From Chrysomallon squamiferum (Eukaryota > Animalia > Mollusca), in contig CM022665.1 of NCBI GenBank assembly GCA_012295275.1, positions 10,788,001-10,852,000 of the forward strand: a stretch of 64,000 nucleotides of DNA, written 5' to 3'. Below the pieces are notes generated by a model, which did not search any database, was not told where the DNA came from, and saw only the letters and a program-made list of their open reading frames with translations. Every line of letters begins with the position of its first letter. The stretch's first letter is position 1. Shown one piece after another: positions 40,171 through 54,115 of the stretch. The position numbers were made by a program, and so were the translations under genes.

Positions 40171-41992
40171 TGTAATTGTTCATGTTGGTTAGTTTAATAT
40201 TGGCAATGCACAACAAAATAAGAGATTGTTAAAAGTATATAAAAGTTTGTACAGTATTTACACAATACGAACAACAACAAAACTGAATATTTTCATTCCA
40301 TATTCGAAATAATGTTTAAAAGAAACAATTAAAAGGCTTTATATATTATTTCATAACTTATTATTAGCAAAGGTTGGCGGAAAACCAAATAAAAGGAACT
40401 CTTGGGAAACTTGTATTTTGGCTTACTTACCCCTTATTTTTCCCTCATACTTTATTTTTATTTAGTATTATTTTTATTATTTTATTTATAATTATTATTT
40501 TGCATTATGGAAAACTGACAGTATCGCTTTTAACTTTTTTATTTGATAAAATGTAAATAGCATCAGGCTGTTGTTACTGTTGCTGTCGTAAGCAATCCGA
40601 GCGCTAACGCACATATCCAGTGGTCGTTTATCTTGCAAATTAGAAGATAATGCTATTTATAGTAACATAAAAATACACATCTGTCGCCATTTACGTGAAG
40701 TATTATGCAAAACAAACGATTCGCAGACGACTAGGTGGTCGTCGTCTTGAAGAAGAAACTATTGGTACATATGTGTTGTTACAGATAGAACTGTTTAATT
40801 TAAGTCAACATAAACAAAAATAGTTTGTTATACGTTTAATGCTATGATAATACATTTAAAATATACTCACATCCATCCTTCCATATATATATGTAATTTG
40901 TTTGTTGTGATCTTTGTTGTGTTTTTGTTTTTTTTGTTGTTGTGTTTTTTTCTTTTTTGTTGTTTCGTTTTACCAATTTTAACAGTTCAATCAGATTCTC
41001 GGACATACGTTTTCTGTTTTCCAGTGTTATACATGGACGTTACAGGATAATTTTTATCATATTAAACATCCCATAACGTTTTTGATAGGTTTCACAAAGA
41101 AATGAACTAGTTTCCATTTCAAAATATATTTGAAGACCTTTTCACTGATAGCACCAGATCTGAATCCCTTCAATTAAAAATTGTTATCTACCACATGCGA
41201 TATAATAGATTAAGAAAAAATAGAAATAAAATAATTTCCGATTTTTATTTCTGAAAAAATTAAAATAACATATACCTTTCTTTTCTTTCTTTCTTTCTTT
41301 TTTTATTTTATTTTTTTCTTTCATAATAATCAACTTCTTATTCATCTTTTTGCATCTGTTCACTCCACCCCTTGGCACCGATCTAACCCTATCATTGCTG
41401 CACCGCCATATTGAATTACGTACCACCTGCTCAGAAAAATGAAGAAAACTCCATGCCTCGTCACCTTTCACCAGAGAGGAGTCTTTTAAAGTCGCCTTAC
41501 GGTCTGTCACGCGATCGTGTCTAACAAAAGCTTTATATTGTTATGGCACAATGTTCTTAAGTCTACTGCCATCTAATACTTGATGGAACCCGAGGCGTGC
41601 TTCGTCGTTATATATGCTAATCCGCTGGCTTGGTTTGAAGATATAGTTACAAGCCAAAAGTACTCGTTAACAATCATCGGAGGCGTCAAGTTCGTTTCAA
41701 AACGAGTTCAAATCACTAAATAACAACTACACTTTTTTTGACGAGGGATAAAAAGAAAAAGAAAGAAAAAAAATCAATGATAAGCATTTAAAAGTGATCT
41801 CATAAGCAGTTAAAATGAAATGAGTAGACGACAATATTCCAAACCAGAGTGTATTCAGATCATTTAAAAATGATACGGAAAATGAAATAACCTATATGAA
41901 ACAGGTCAACGATGTTACTTATTTTATTATTTGAGTGAGCAAACTTTTACTGCCCAAGTAACTGGCTTTGGTTTTGTTTGTTTGTTTTGTTT

Positions 41993-42034
<42 letters not shown>

Positions 42035-43867
42035 TGTGTTTTAATTATATATTTATTTATTTTGTTGTTGTTGTTGTTATTTATTTATTTATTTTCAAAA
42101 CTCGGTTTAGTGACAATTTTTAATCTCTGCGTTACGGTAAATTTCTGAAACTAGTGGTTATATGAATTCCTGAAATAACTGAAATGAAAGTTTTATTAGG
42201 TAGGAAAATACAAATAACATCATTTATTAACACCAAACACAAAAAGTACAACAATAAACCAGAAAAATTTACTATAAATGTATATTAGTATGTAAAGTAG
42301 ATACTGCTCCTGAAATGTTTAAATTCGTATCTGTTCGTCTGTTGGTACAAACTTGTGTAACAGTAAGAATTATACATTAGCTTTACTTTGAAATATTTTG
42401 CATCAGTTGGTCTGACGCTTTTTTATGTCAGCATAGTTACATTTAGCAAAACATTGGCCATCAGACGTACATTGAGCAATTACAGAACGTTGGATAGATG
42501 GATGAGAAGTTAGGTGGATAGATAGATAACTGACAGAGAGATAGGATGATAGGACAGATAGGCAAGTAGATATATAGAAAGATAGATAGACAGGTAGACA
42601 GACAGACCGACGGATAGATGGTAGGTAAGTAGGCTGAAGGACAGACACACAGGTAGGTAGGTAGATAGGTTGATAGACAGATAACAGTTTCGACTGTATG
42701 CTGACACTGATAAAGTAATGTTGTTGTTTTTGGGGGGTTTTCCTATAACGTAAAAATCATTGTTCAGACTACAAAATATATTAGTAATTAATACATCCAT
42801 TGAGGTAGACCACATTTTCCCAACAAATACTGGGTGCGCCAGTAAAATCCAATTAGTCCAAAACACAGTAATTTACATTTTTTTAAGCCGAGTTCAGAAT
42901 TAGGGACGATGCTAAAATGCCAACTGCTAACTTAACCACTACGTCATCGAAGTTTGTTAAAGCCTATTAGCTGATTACTGTTTTTCAGTTTAACCAAAAA
43001 TACACAAAATTCTATTTAATATTTTCGTTTATTTCAAACGATATAGCTTCAGCAATTACGATATCTTTACAATTTATAATTTATATTTAAAGCTTTAAGT
43101 ATATTAAAATTAAATTCTCCTCTTCGTCATTTGAACTGGTCACATATGACAAGAGACCTTTAAACAATACACTTCACCGGCGAACCAGGATTCACATATA
43201 ATAAATGAAAAAAAAGAAAAGAAATATTAATGAAAATAAAAATATTGGTCTGCAAAATATTGGATGCATGGGATAAATACTGTTTTTTAATATATATATA
43301 TATATATTTACAACTGATTAAATGTAATTTATATTACTGATCTCATGTTGGACTTACTACCAAACAGAATGTCTGCCAAATAGAATGTCTGCATTATATA
43401 GAACGTTCGTTAAAGAACTGGGTCCCAATAAAGAGTATTTGTTCTATAAATATGTACCAGAAATAAATGTTAAATCTAGTGAATAGTCATAATTAAATTT
43501 TGTTATTAATTCTGATTTACATTTGGGGGAAAAAAAGAAAGAAAGAAATTCATTGGATATTATTACCTTAATCACATAAAAAGCCCCAAAAAACAAACAA
43601 GTAAATATGATCATTCGTCAGAACAAATTATTTCAATATATATCTGTTTCAGAACTATAACAGTCATTAATTTGTTTAAAAACATAAAGATAAATTCAGA
43701 TACTGCATAAAATTCGGAAATTTAATGTTATTTTATATATATAACAATTATAATTAGTTATAAGATAATACAGCGTTTTGTAATAATTGTTTTTATTTAT
43801 TTATTATGACCTCTCTCTCTACTATGTATGTGTGTGTATGTACGTGTATGTGTATATATTTATATAT

Positions 43868-43911
<44 letters not shown>

Positions 43912-44459
43912 ACTTACATATGTACATTTGAATCAGATATTAAATTAGCTTAATGTTTCATTTTCGTAACAGACGTTTGAGAAATGGCTAAAATGGTTTA
44001 AATGATCTAAGGGAGAAAACCGCATTTATTGTGGGGGTTTTACGTAACTTTTTATGAAAGTTAGACTACCCCTTTTAGGGCAGCTATAACTAACATAACA
44101 TATCCTTCAAGCAATTTTCAAAAGAAATTCAATATTTCTTTATTATTATTATTATTATTATTATTATTTAATTTTTAAAATAACTGGTGGTGGTGGTGGT
44201 GGTGTTTGTTGTAGTAGTAGTAGTAATAGTAGTAGTAGTAGTAGCAGCAGCTGCACTGAGTTTATTAACGTATCACGTAATCGTATTGTCACTATTTATT
44301 ATTTTTTTATATTAAATTGTGTTACAAAGAAATTGTCTGAAAATAGAGAAATGTACTCAGTAACATCTGTTGTTGTTGTTGTTTTTGTTGTTTAAATAAT
44401 ATTAATTTCTTACACCATTACAACTTTTCTTCTTTTTAAAAAATATAAACTCACTAATG

Positions 44460-44960
44460 CAAGATACTTATAACGATGCAGTACCGCTAGTAACTGCAGG
44501 CGAATATTGTCGATGTTGAGATGCTCGGAAAAGACTAGGAGGAATTTCACATAGCCAACAAATCAGCCATGGCATATCAAAGAAGCTTGGTCGAATCTTT
44601 AGTTGTTGAAGAAACCAGAGAGCCCCAGAAGCCAATTGACCGAGAGAAAGTAATGTACTTTATGCTGTTTATGACAAGATAGTTTTGATATCTTTATTAC
44701 ATTTTCAGACAAACCGTAATGTTTCATAAATGATTCAAATAAATGCGATGTTCACAATTCTTCTGATCTCGAAGTCGAACACCACTTTAAGTTTAACTTT
44801 TCATTCAAAATCAAGATTAGATGGTTTGCTCGAGGAATGATGGATTGCCGGACTAATTATCCTTATCATTCAGCTTTATTACTTTTTAAATTTGTTTATC
44901 AAAAGTTCGTGATATGTGCTTTTCTGTTAATAGAAGATCCACGTACACACAGTGAATGAG
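44460..44960 (+). promoter_or_regulatory. CpG-retaining promoter/first-exon region of SAP18
   Basis: Frequent CG dinucleotides around ATG 44569, which become scarce after about 45300. Confidence 0.55.
44569..44649 (+). CDS. SAP18: SAP18 exon 1 (Sin3/HDAC-associated and ASAP/PSAP complex subunit)
   Basis: GCCATGG start context; MAYQRSLVESLVVEETREPQKPIDREK|GTAATG; 81 nt, phase 0; KPIDREK is the SAP18 motif. Confidence 0.93.
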
Positions 44961-45673
44961 TGATACTCTCAACTCTGTTACCCAAACTTACAATGTTAGT
45001 GTTAGTACACTGTTAGTTACTGTTAGTATCTGTGTTACTGCAGTGTTAGTCACTTCTGCAGTTTTGATTTGATACAGTAAGCTGAATAACAAATAATCAT
45101 AAGGAAATTATGATGATCATATCATCATACACAATAAAAGTTGAGAGGTCCCACGCTGATAGTCGCTGAATAAATAATTATAATCGTCCATGGAATGGAG
45201 TTTTAATCTTTAATATAGATTGTTTATGATTGACTCCTGATAATAGTATTAAATTTGTTGAATAAAATACAGTTAAAACTGTCTTTCGTTTACTGAAATG
45301 ATTTTAACTACTATGGCCATTTTTCATTTATCTAGGATAACTTTTTATAAACTATCAAATTACTCCATGTAATATTTATTCAATAGTATTTGATGTAAGA
45401 TTTTATGAATGTGTATGCATTAATGCATTCATGTATTAAATTGAAATTATTGGTTCTTACTGCATTTCTGAGCATAAGCCAGTTCTAAACATAAATATAT
45501 ACATTTAACAAGAAAATGGTAATTTTATCTCAGTGTGTCTAATAAATTTAACCTTTCTTGTTTTCTCTGTTGTTTTAACCATTAAATAGTTGTGTATGAG
45601 AGTTTCTGAAATGAAACCATTAGATTGTATACAACATTAATGTAAATAGTTTAGTTATATTTCTCACTTTCAG

Positions 45674-45780
45674 ACATGTCCTCTGTTACTGAGAGTATTT
45701 TGCAGTACAGGTCAACACCACAGACTCAGTGAATTCACCAGAGGAAATACTCCAACCAACGAACTGCAGATTTACACTTG
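45674..45780 (+). CDS. SAP18: SAP18 exon 2
   Basis: TTTCAG|TCPLLLRVFCSTGQHHRLSEFTRGNTPTNELQIYT(W)|GTATAT; 107 nt, ends in phase 2. Confidence 0.95.
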
Positions 45781-46162
45781 GTATATAATAATTATATTAA
45801 ATGTTAAAAGATAATATTCTTTTGTTATGGGAGTTTTCATAGTTTTATTGAACTTGTTACCTGATCAAGACAAGTGCTGTATCATCAAGCAAAGTTAACC
45901 AAGTAATATTTTTTATAACTTAAGATTTTGTAAAAATGATGATATCTGTACCTATATATAAATGCATATATTTACAGATAAATTTTAAGTGCTAAGCTTT
46001 GAAATTATATTGAAAAGCATTTTTTAAAGGTTAGTTTTGATCTTTCCCTTGTGTAGTTAATTTTGTTACACAATAATAGTGTATTTCATATTAGTGCAGA
46101 TACTAAAGTAGTATGATGAACAGAATGATCAGATGTCTGTAATTTCATTTATTTCTTGCCAG

Positions 46163-46442
46163 GCTGGATGCAACTCTGAAGGAACTGACCAATCTTGTAA
46201 AAGAGGTGAATCCTGATGCTAGGAGAAAAGGCACATTCTTTGATTTCGCAATTGTATACCCAGACCCGAGGTCCCCAACTTATCGTCTGCGAGAAATTGG
46301 CACAACATGCTCTGGTCGAAAGACTGCTGATGATTCAGTGACTTTGGCCATGAAGAAATTTCAGATTGGAGATTATCTGGACATTGCAATTTCCCCGCCA
46401 CGTCCAGGACCTCCACCATCAAGAGCAAGAAGGCCGTATTAA
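46163..46442 (+). CDS. SAP18: SAP18 exon 3
   Basis: TGCCAG|(W)LDATLKELTNLVKEV...KFQIGDYLDIAISPP...RRPY*. Total CDS 468 nt, 155 aa. Confidence 0.96.
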
Positions 46443-47069
46443 ATATTTCTGCTCAGATGACATGAATGCAGATATCCTGTTGATGTTATGTATTAGACAT
46501 TTTTTAATATGTATTTTATGAGAACGTTCACTTTTTACAGATAACAGTGTTTCATTGATTGTTGAAACTTTTCAGTGCATATTAAAGAAGCGTGTGTTTA
46601 TCATAGGTTGCAAAATGTATATGTCATCATCACGTTCTTTTTTGTGTTGTGTCATGTATGTTACATCACCTGATCATTAAATTCCATTAGTTAATTGTCA
46701 AGGATGGCATAACTACCTAAAAGAAGTAGAGAATTTCTGAAAATTAGAATTCTGGGTGAATTTAAATAAAAAAATTAAAAGTGACTTCCCAAGCTGATAA
46801 TTTTAACAGCTGATAGATTACATACATTTTTTTATTTTTTTTATTATCTTTCACCTGTGCAAGAAGTGTTCTTTATTTTTGAAATTCTATTAATAGTTGT
46901 AAATATTTTCTGAGCCTAATTTTTATGGCAAGTTAGTTTTAATCTACCATTATTGATTCAAGTGTAACTACACAAGTATTTCCAAACAAAATCAATAAGT
47001 AATGTCAACTGGTGTTATATACCAGTATCATTATCTCCTATGTTATTTTTATCTCTTTGATGTCAAGAA

Positions 47070-47075
47070 AATAAA
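47070..47075 (+). terminator. Candidate SAP18 polyadenylation signal
   Basis: AATAAA followed about 20 nt later by a GT/T-rich element (TGTCGTGTGTTTTTTT). Other AATAAA hexamers lie nearby, so the site is not unique. Confidence 0.35.
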
Positions 47076-48370
47076 GTAGTTTTGCTTTGATTTATGTCGT
47101 GTGTTTTTTTTCAGTATTAGAATTACCTTTTAAAATAACGAGAAATTTACAAAAATAAATTCTATGAAATAAACCATATTAAACTATTATTTTTACTCAG
47201 ATATGTCTAACATGATTACAATGGAATAAAATAAAATAAAAATAAGCACATATATACTATTCTTTATGCATTTTGCTTTTTCTTATCCCCTCCCCCACAT
47301 TTCTGCTGTTACCAGAACAAAATACCTTGTAGAAAATGTTTTCTTGCTTTGTAATTTAAAAAACTAATACTGTAATTTCCAGTTATTTCAATTTATCTTA
47401 CAATAACTCAGTGTATTAATAAAAATGTCCATTTGCTGTTAAAAATTGCACAAGATCATATGTAGTTTTTTGTTTTGAATTATAGGTTGACATTCTGTCT
47501 TCGTTGGATATCAAATATTTATCTTCACAAAAATGTTCATGAGAAGTTAGAAAACGAGCTATTTTTTTTTCAGTTATGAACTGAATTCTGAACATATCCT
47601 GTTTAGTATATACTCTCTACCTAAATTTAATATTCAAACACTGAAAAGAAGATTTAACAGTGGTTGGTTTTCTTGAATATTTATTAGCAGGATTTATGAA
47701 AACACATTTAATAATATGAATACACTTTATTACTACTTTTAAAAGATTAACAGCAGTCATATAATATAGATATTTTAATTCAGATGATGATCTAAAACGA
47801 TCAAAGGATATTGATTCTTTGCTCACAAAGATTCTTCTTTCAATCAATCTATTCCTAATTTAAATGACTATATAGCATATTAATTTTAATGATCTGTCAC
47901 TGAACTTTATTTTTTACATTAAACTTAATAAATAAGCAGAGGGTTATATTTATATTATATGATTATTATTATACAATTGTCAAAACTGATATTGAAATGT
48001 TTTGATTATCATTTTAAATCATTTATTTATTTATTTTTATTATTATTATTTAGTTCTTTATCAGATTTGGTCATCTCACAGTATAAAGTTGTGACCTTGC
48101 TAATTAAAACTATACTGCAGTATGATTTTTACTTCTGACAGACATCTTGGACACAATTCTAAATTCTAACCAAGTACAGTTCCTGAGTAATGTAATTTTT
48201 ACATATATTACTCACATTTAAAATATACCTGTTTAGGTACATATGTTGAATTCTCTTAACATTTGACTGTGTAACAATCTTTATTGACTGTAAAGTATAA
48301 CAATGAAATAACAAATCTAAGGAAAGTCACAGAAACCATCTTTCTCTTTTGTAATGTCATTTTATAAACG

Positions 48371-48401
<31 letters not shown>

Positions 48402-49339
48402 TTTTTCTGTTTAGTATATGAAAGAAAATAACAGCCTTCATACATCTCAGGCATTTTATAACACCACCATATTCTATTGTTAGTAAAGGTTTAATGTATT
48501 CAGTTACAGATAAAGAATAAGTGTATAAAATGTTCACAGTAGGAATGTTCTGACATTACAAGGTAACATATTTCAACTATTTATTATTTTGTAAAAATAA
48601 ATTTTACAATAATTTTATACATATATTTCTAGAAACCATGTTATTAACCATGTAACACTGAATACAGAGACTGACCATCTAATCACAATTATTAAACAGA
48701 AATCTGGATCATTATTTTTATTAAAAAAAATTCAACAATGATTTAGCCATCAAATTAAAACCTGATCTGTATCTTTAAAAAAAAATATTTTTATCTACCA
48801 TCAAAATACAATCAGACAAATATATTATAAAAAATACAAGCCCAAACATAAATGATTTTTTTTCCAGTATGTTTAACTAATCATGCAGCAGCTTAGAAAC
48901 TTATTTGTATCACAAAGTAAAATAATATCTAAAAATAACAATAAAATAATCACTCAGAAAGTAATAAATATGTACCAATATTCATTGTATTTCTGTGGTT
49001 TTTCAAATTCAAGAACTGTTGCAGAATTAATGGTTTAAATATTTTAATTAAAAGGTTAAACAAAACATTAACAGAACAAAATCTGATATTAAATATCAAA
49101 TTTAACAATAAAAATTTAGAATAAAATAATTTTGATAATTATTATAAATAATTGATTAATTGTGTTTTTTTGTCTTTTATATAGAATATTTTAATAATGT
49201 AGATTAATCACTGAAAACAAAAAAAAATGCAATAACTTGACCAATAAAAACAATTTTCACATTATTTTAGTACATTATACATCTATATATATATATTTAT
49301 ATATATATATATGAATGTTTTAAAATATATATCAATTTC

Positions 49340-49581
49340 TCAGTCTGCATTCATGGCAAGCAAAGAATTAACAGTAGCGTCTTTGTTGCCACGATTTGCC
49401 TCAAAAACTGATTTTATTGCCTCTTCATCCATATCAGGAAACATTTCCTTGACCTGTTTCAAATCTTCTTCAGTATAGAGAGGCCCCTGTGGTTGCTGTT
49501 GTTGTGGTGCATACATTGCTGCCTGTGGCTGTGGCATTCTCTGTGGATATACACCTGCAGCAGCAGGAACACCAGGAACAA
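49340..49581 (-). CDS. TOLLIP: TOLLIP exon 7 (CUE ubiquitin-binding domain)
   Basis: TTCAG| phase 1; ...TEEDLKQVKEMFPDMDEEAIKSVFEANRGNKDATVNSLLAMNAD*, with the CUE MFP and LL motifs. Confidence 0.95.
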
Positions 49582-50600
49582 CTGAATTTATATATATTTA
49601 ACACATTTAAAATACAATAATTTAAAATAATACATTTCATTAATGCCTTAAGTATTATTAAATTATATCAGTTAATGACGGAATTTATTAGAATAAAATA
49701 TTTGTACTTCAGGTAATATGAAAGGTAATAGTAACAAAAAATAAAGATATGTACAAATACAGTAACTACAGTAAACATATATAGTAAACATATGGTAGCT
49801 TATATATATATATATATGTATATGAACAAAATAATTTAAAAACCAAGATGTGAATTGTATTAAATGATTGTTTAGAGCTGCAATCATGAGATATTTAATA
49901 TTATAATTTTTATTATTATTATTATTGTTATTTTTAATTATTTTTTGTTTGTTTGTCAGTACTAATAAACTATTTTTAGTACTGATATATAAATATACTG
50001 CATACATACGAATATTTAATATCCAGAAATTGAAATGGTTATATTATTAACAATACTTTTCTAACAGCTGGAATTTAAAATTTCAATTATTTCTAAACTT
50101 TAAAAAAAAAAAAAAATTTGATTTATAAGTGGAAACATTTCAAATTGATTTATGTTAAATGAACAATAAATTAAAACAAAAATGGTTTATAATGTTTGCA
50201 ATATATTATAAACTAGAGTTAGTTAATTATGAAAAAATCCCAAAACAAAACATGATAGGTAATATTTAAATTACAAAACTGACTTTATGGTGCATTTATG
50301 GGTGAGTGTGTATGTACATATATTCACTGTATCTCAGAAGTCACTATCTGTTTTGAAAAATAATTGTGATTATGAAAAACTGGTATAAGACACAAAAAAT
50401 ATATTTATTTCAAAGTATATGCTGCAAAAAATTAGTGTCTACATGGTATTTGTAAAAATAAAAGTCTGTACTAATAATACATATTTTTATGACAGCACAG
50501 CATTTGACATAAAAATATCCAATGTTACTGAGATAGATAGTAACTGTCTGTATATAAGCAAAACGCATATTATAAAGTAAAAAAATAAGTTTAAACATAC

Positions 50601-50688
50601 CAACTGGCTGTACTGCAGGATAATACATTGGCATCATCATAGGAGCACTGTATGGCATAATAGATGATGTTGGCAAATCAGATGCAGG
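50601..50688 (-). CDS. TOLLIP: TOLLIP exon 6 (Pro/Met-rich linker)
   Basis: TTTTAG|PASDLPTSSIMPYSAPMMMPMYYPAVQPV+G(1 nt)|GTATGT; 88 nt, phase 0 to phase 1, fits both neighbours. Confidence 0.85.
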
Positions 50689-51309
50689 CTAAAATTTAAA
50701 AAATATTAATAATTTGTAATGTCCTGCAGACTAAAATGATAAGTTTAGAATAATACAGCATCCTTTAAAAGAAATGAGGAACTATTAACTTTCAGGATGT
50801 GAAATAATTATATTTCTCAGGCATATAAATTATAACATTCTGTACAATAAAACAATATGGTGGGAAAAAATAAAAAAAGTTTCAAATGAAATCTGACCAT
50901 GATTATGTGTCAGATGAAGAGCAATATTTATTTTAGATGCCTAGGATGATTTAGATATTGTTTTACAGGATTCAAGTATTCTAGCCAACTGTTACAGATT
51001 CTACAATAATTTCATGTCAAGAGAAACAAGAGTATATAAGAGGTTTTCATAAAAAGTATTTTGAAAGTATAATTATAGATACACAGAATATAATTATTAA
51101 AAAATATATATAAACTACAAACAAAATAAAAAATACAGTGTTTATTTCTAATAAAAAACCCTGTGAAAGTAAAATATGTGTTGTTAGATATAAATATATA
51201 TCAATCTAACAAATGAAAACATTTAGATGAGTATAATGGTTAGCAAGATTGTCTTCCAAATTCTATCAACAAGTAAACTTGTATTTATAAAACTAATTAA
51301 AAGCCTTAC

Positions 51310-51462
51310 AGTGAATGACATGATTATATTGATCATTCCTTCTTTTTCATCGCCTTGACGACCACTTAGAGGAAACCAGTTATCTGTTGTGTCACCAAGC
51401 AGTGCACCCTCAGGAATAGTTATGTGAGCCCATGCAATTCTGTCATCCATCGTAAATGACCG
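51310..51462 (-). CDS. TOLLIP: TOLLIP exon 5 (C2 domain, C-terminal part)
   Basis: TACCAG|[18 protein letters not shown]...[23 protein letters not shown]|GTAAGG; 153 nt. Confidence 0.95.
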
Positions 51463-51835
51463 CTGGTAAAACAATTAATTAACATTATTTAATAAATTAA
51501 AATAATTTTCTTTTTTTTCTTTCTTTTTTTTAAATCCATATAATGTTTTATATAAGTACCTAAAGTTTCTAAAATTAAATAAAATGAATTAAACAACTAA
51601 AGACAAAAAAAACAAACACATAATACTTTTACCTAATACAGGATTTTCAGTGTGAAAGATAAATTTTTAAGACAGCATTTTTGATAACTGTCTTTAAACA
51701 TTATATGCAATATGTAAAGTGTTAGGAATGGGTTTTTTTTCCAAAACTGTATCTGAGGAGAGATTACATAACAAAATTATTTTATTTTGATAATGAAAAT
51801 GCTGTCGTGTTAACAATTATGCAGATTAAACTTAC

Positions 51836-51884
51836 TTCATCAAAAATTTCAAGGTACATGGAATCAACTCCTTTAGGAAGAAGT
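51836..51884 (-). CDS. TOLLIP: TOLLIP exon 4 (49 nt, C2 domain)
   Basis: TTTCAG|(I)LLPKGVDSMYLEIFDE|GTAAGT, matching VPPGVDSFYLEIFDE; phase 2 to phase 0. Confidence 0.93.
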
Positions 51885-52814
51885 CTGAAAATAAATTATG
51901 TTTTACTAAACAAACAATGACAGATTAACTAGCACTTGTCCAGATCCTTTAATTTTCTTGGATTTTGGAATATACTAAGGTACCCAGGGGAAAAGATCAA
52001 ACTCTAAATAACAAAAACATTTATATTTTATATAAAGCTTTTTGTAATACCCCTAGCCAAGAAGTAATTTTATATAAATATTTTTATTAAATTTTTTTCT
52101 TTAAATTAGAAGAAATTTTTTAAATGCTTGTGTATGAACCAAACACAGTAAAGTAAGTTTTAATTACTTTGGCAGCTCAATACATTTTAGATTTCAGATT
52201 TCAGACTTAAGAAATGCTCAACCATGTAGCTTAAATATCTGTTTCTGTAACATTATTTATCAGAATTAAAGCAAGATATTTAATAGTCAAACATGTTAAA
52301 GAAAGTATGTCTAATGTTATGCAATAAATTACTTTTTAAATAAGAATAATTATGACTTATTTTTATTACATTATTACACCCACATGCATACACATCTCAT
52401 TTCTTAAGTTCTTAAAAGCTGAAAATAATTTTAGATTTTATAAAAATTTTGTATTTTATTTCATTTAGGCTAAAGATTCTTATTCATCTGATTATTCATT
52501 AAATATGCATCCTATTAGTTAAAAATTATTTTTACCATAATGAATAATTATAACAAGTCTTTGCACTATAGATAAATATGTCTCATAAATGAAATATTTT
52601 AAAAGCTAAAAAATAGTTTCAATTTTTATACAGATTTTATGTAGATGTTTATGTGTTTTCCTTTAAAGGTCTTTGGCAAACCCTTAGATATCCATCCTCT
52701 AGTTATATTTTCCATTTCTGTTACACTGACGTTGGCTGGCAATTTAGATGATGCTTACTTTTTCTATTGTTTAATCATTCTTAGTTTTTCAAAAAAAAAA
52801 AAGAGAGAACTTAC

Positions 52815-53020
52815 ATTTGTACCACTTTGTTCCATCTTGGATTCTTTGCACCATTGTATGCTGTAGGAGTTTCAAAAACTGAATGACCTAACCTCACTCT
52901 GCAATAAGGATCCATCTTCGTTAGGCCATAGTTCTTTGTCAGCTTTGCCTGTGAAATGGTAATACTCAGACGACCAGCTATATTTGACTGTGCCATGTGA
53001 ACCCCAGCTTGTTGTTGTGC
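52815..53020 (-). CDS. TOLLIP: TOLLIP exon 3 (C2 domain, N-terminal part)
   Basis: TTTTAG|[68 protein letters not shown]|GTAAGT; 206 nt. Confidence 0.95.
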
Positions 53021-53680
53021 CTAAAAAAAGATTACATTAAATACAAATAAAAAAATAAAATAAAAAAAAGGTTTTGTTCACATTTGGTGAATGTTCCATG
53101 TGTTCTGAAACATTTATTATGTTAAACTGTAAGTTTAGGAAGGTTAATCTGGAAAATAGGTTTCATGAAAATCTGAAAATACAGATAGACTTATCTTTTT
53201 CCTGAAACTGGCTATTTGTATGAAAATGATTCACTAAAACTTATAAGAAATTGAAATTAAGCTAAATATATACTTTTTAAATAAATTTATAAAAAGTTAC
53301 TTTATCAAACATTTTGGATTTTGGGCAATGGATTGTCAAACTATTATGTTTATTATTTCCCATAATGTCACGTAGATAAAAGAGAGGTTATGAGTATACC
53401 CCAATTTGTTTTAGCCAATCAAAACATTTTTCTTCTTTCAAATTTTCATCACAACGAATGTAGAACCTCCACTTTTGTTTTCTTGTTTTTTTCTCTAAAA
53501 ATATAGATATTTTGCTCTGTTTTCTTTATTATTTACAAGATATAAAGGTAATCAGTGAAAGAATTCCAAAAGTTTTTAAAATACAACTACTACATTTGCT
53601 CCAGTGAGTACTTTCCATACTATACTACTAGCATTGTTCATTATTAATATAAGTTATTTTTCTATTTATTATGGTGCTAC

Positions 53681-53773
53681 CTGCAGTATCTGCGCTATTC
53701 TGGCATCTTCCATACACTGTTGATTTTGTCCTGAAAAGCGGAGAAAATCACTTGGAAGCTCCCCAACCATCAC
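53681..53773 (-). CDS. TOLLIP: TOLLIP exon 2 (Tom1-binding domain)
   Basis: TACCAG|VMVGELPSDFLRFSGQNQQCMEDARIAQILQ|GTAGCA, matching VYIGELPQDFLRI; 93 nt. Confidence 0.92.
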
Positions 53774-54083
53774 CTGGTAATAAAAGAAATTAGTTCACAT
53801 TCCTTTTAAGTCATTCCTAAAAATTATTAATATAAAACACGTTTCTTGAAATTATAATATTTCGTATCATAATTATAGTTAATTAAAATAACAAAAAAGT
53901 AAACAATATGGTTAAATATTAAGAAAATACTATGAACAAAAAATTATATTTTAATAGGATTATTTCCAACATTTTTGCTAGTGATCAATTTATTAAAATG
54001 ATATTTGATTATGCTGTAAAATTAAAAATAATAATAATAATAATAATTAAGATAAAGAATAATCATTTTTGGTGTAGTTTCAA

Positions 54084-54115
<32 letters not shown>

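Noticed and set aside
41565-41590. Hairpin containing TAATACT (miR-8/miR-200 seed-like)
   Set aside because: The stem is only about 5 bp and the rest does not match the mature miRNA; not a pre-miRNA.
45781-46162. SAP18 intron 2 donor GTATAT as a possible U12 intron
   Set aside because: It lacks the GTATCCTT donor and TCCTTAAC branch consensus; treated as a weak U2 donor.
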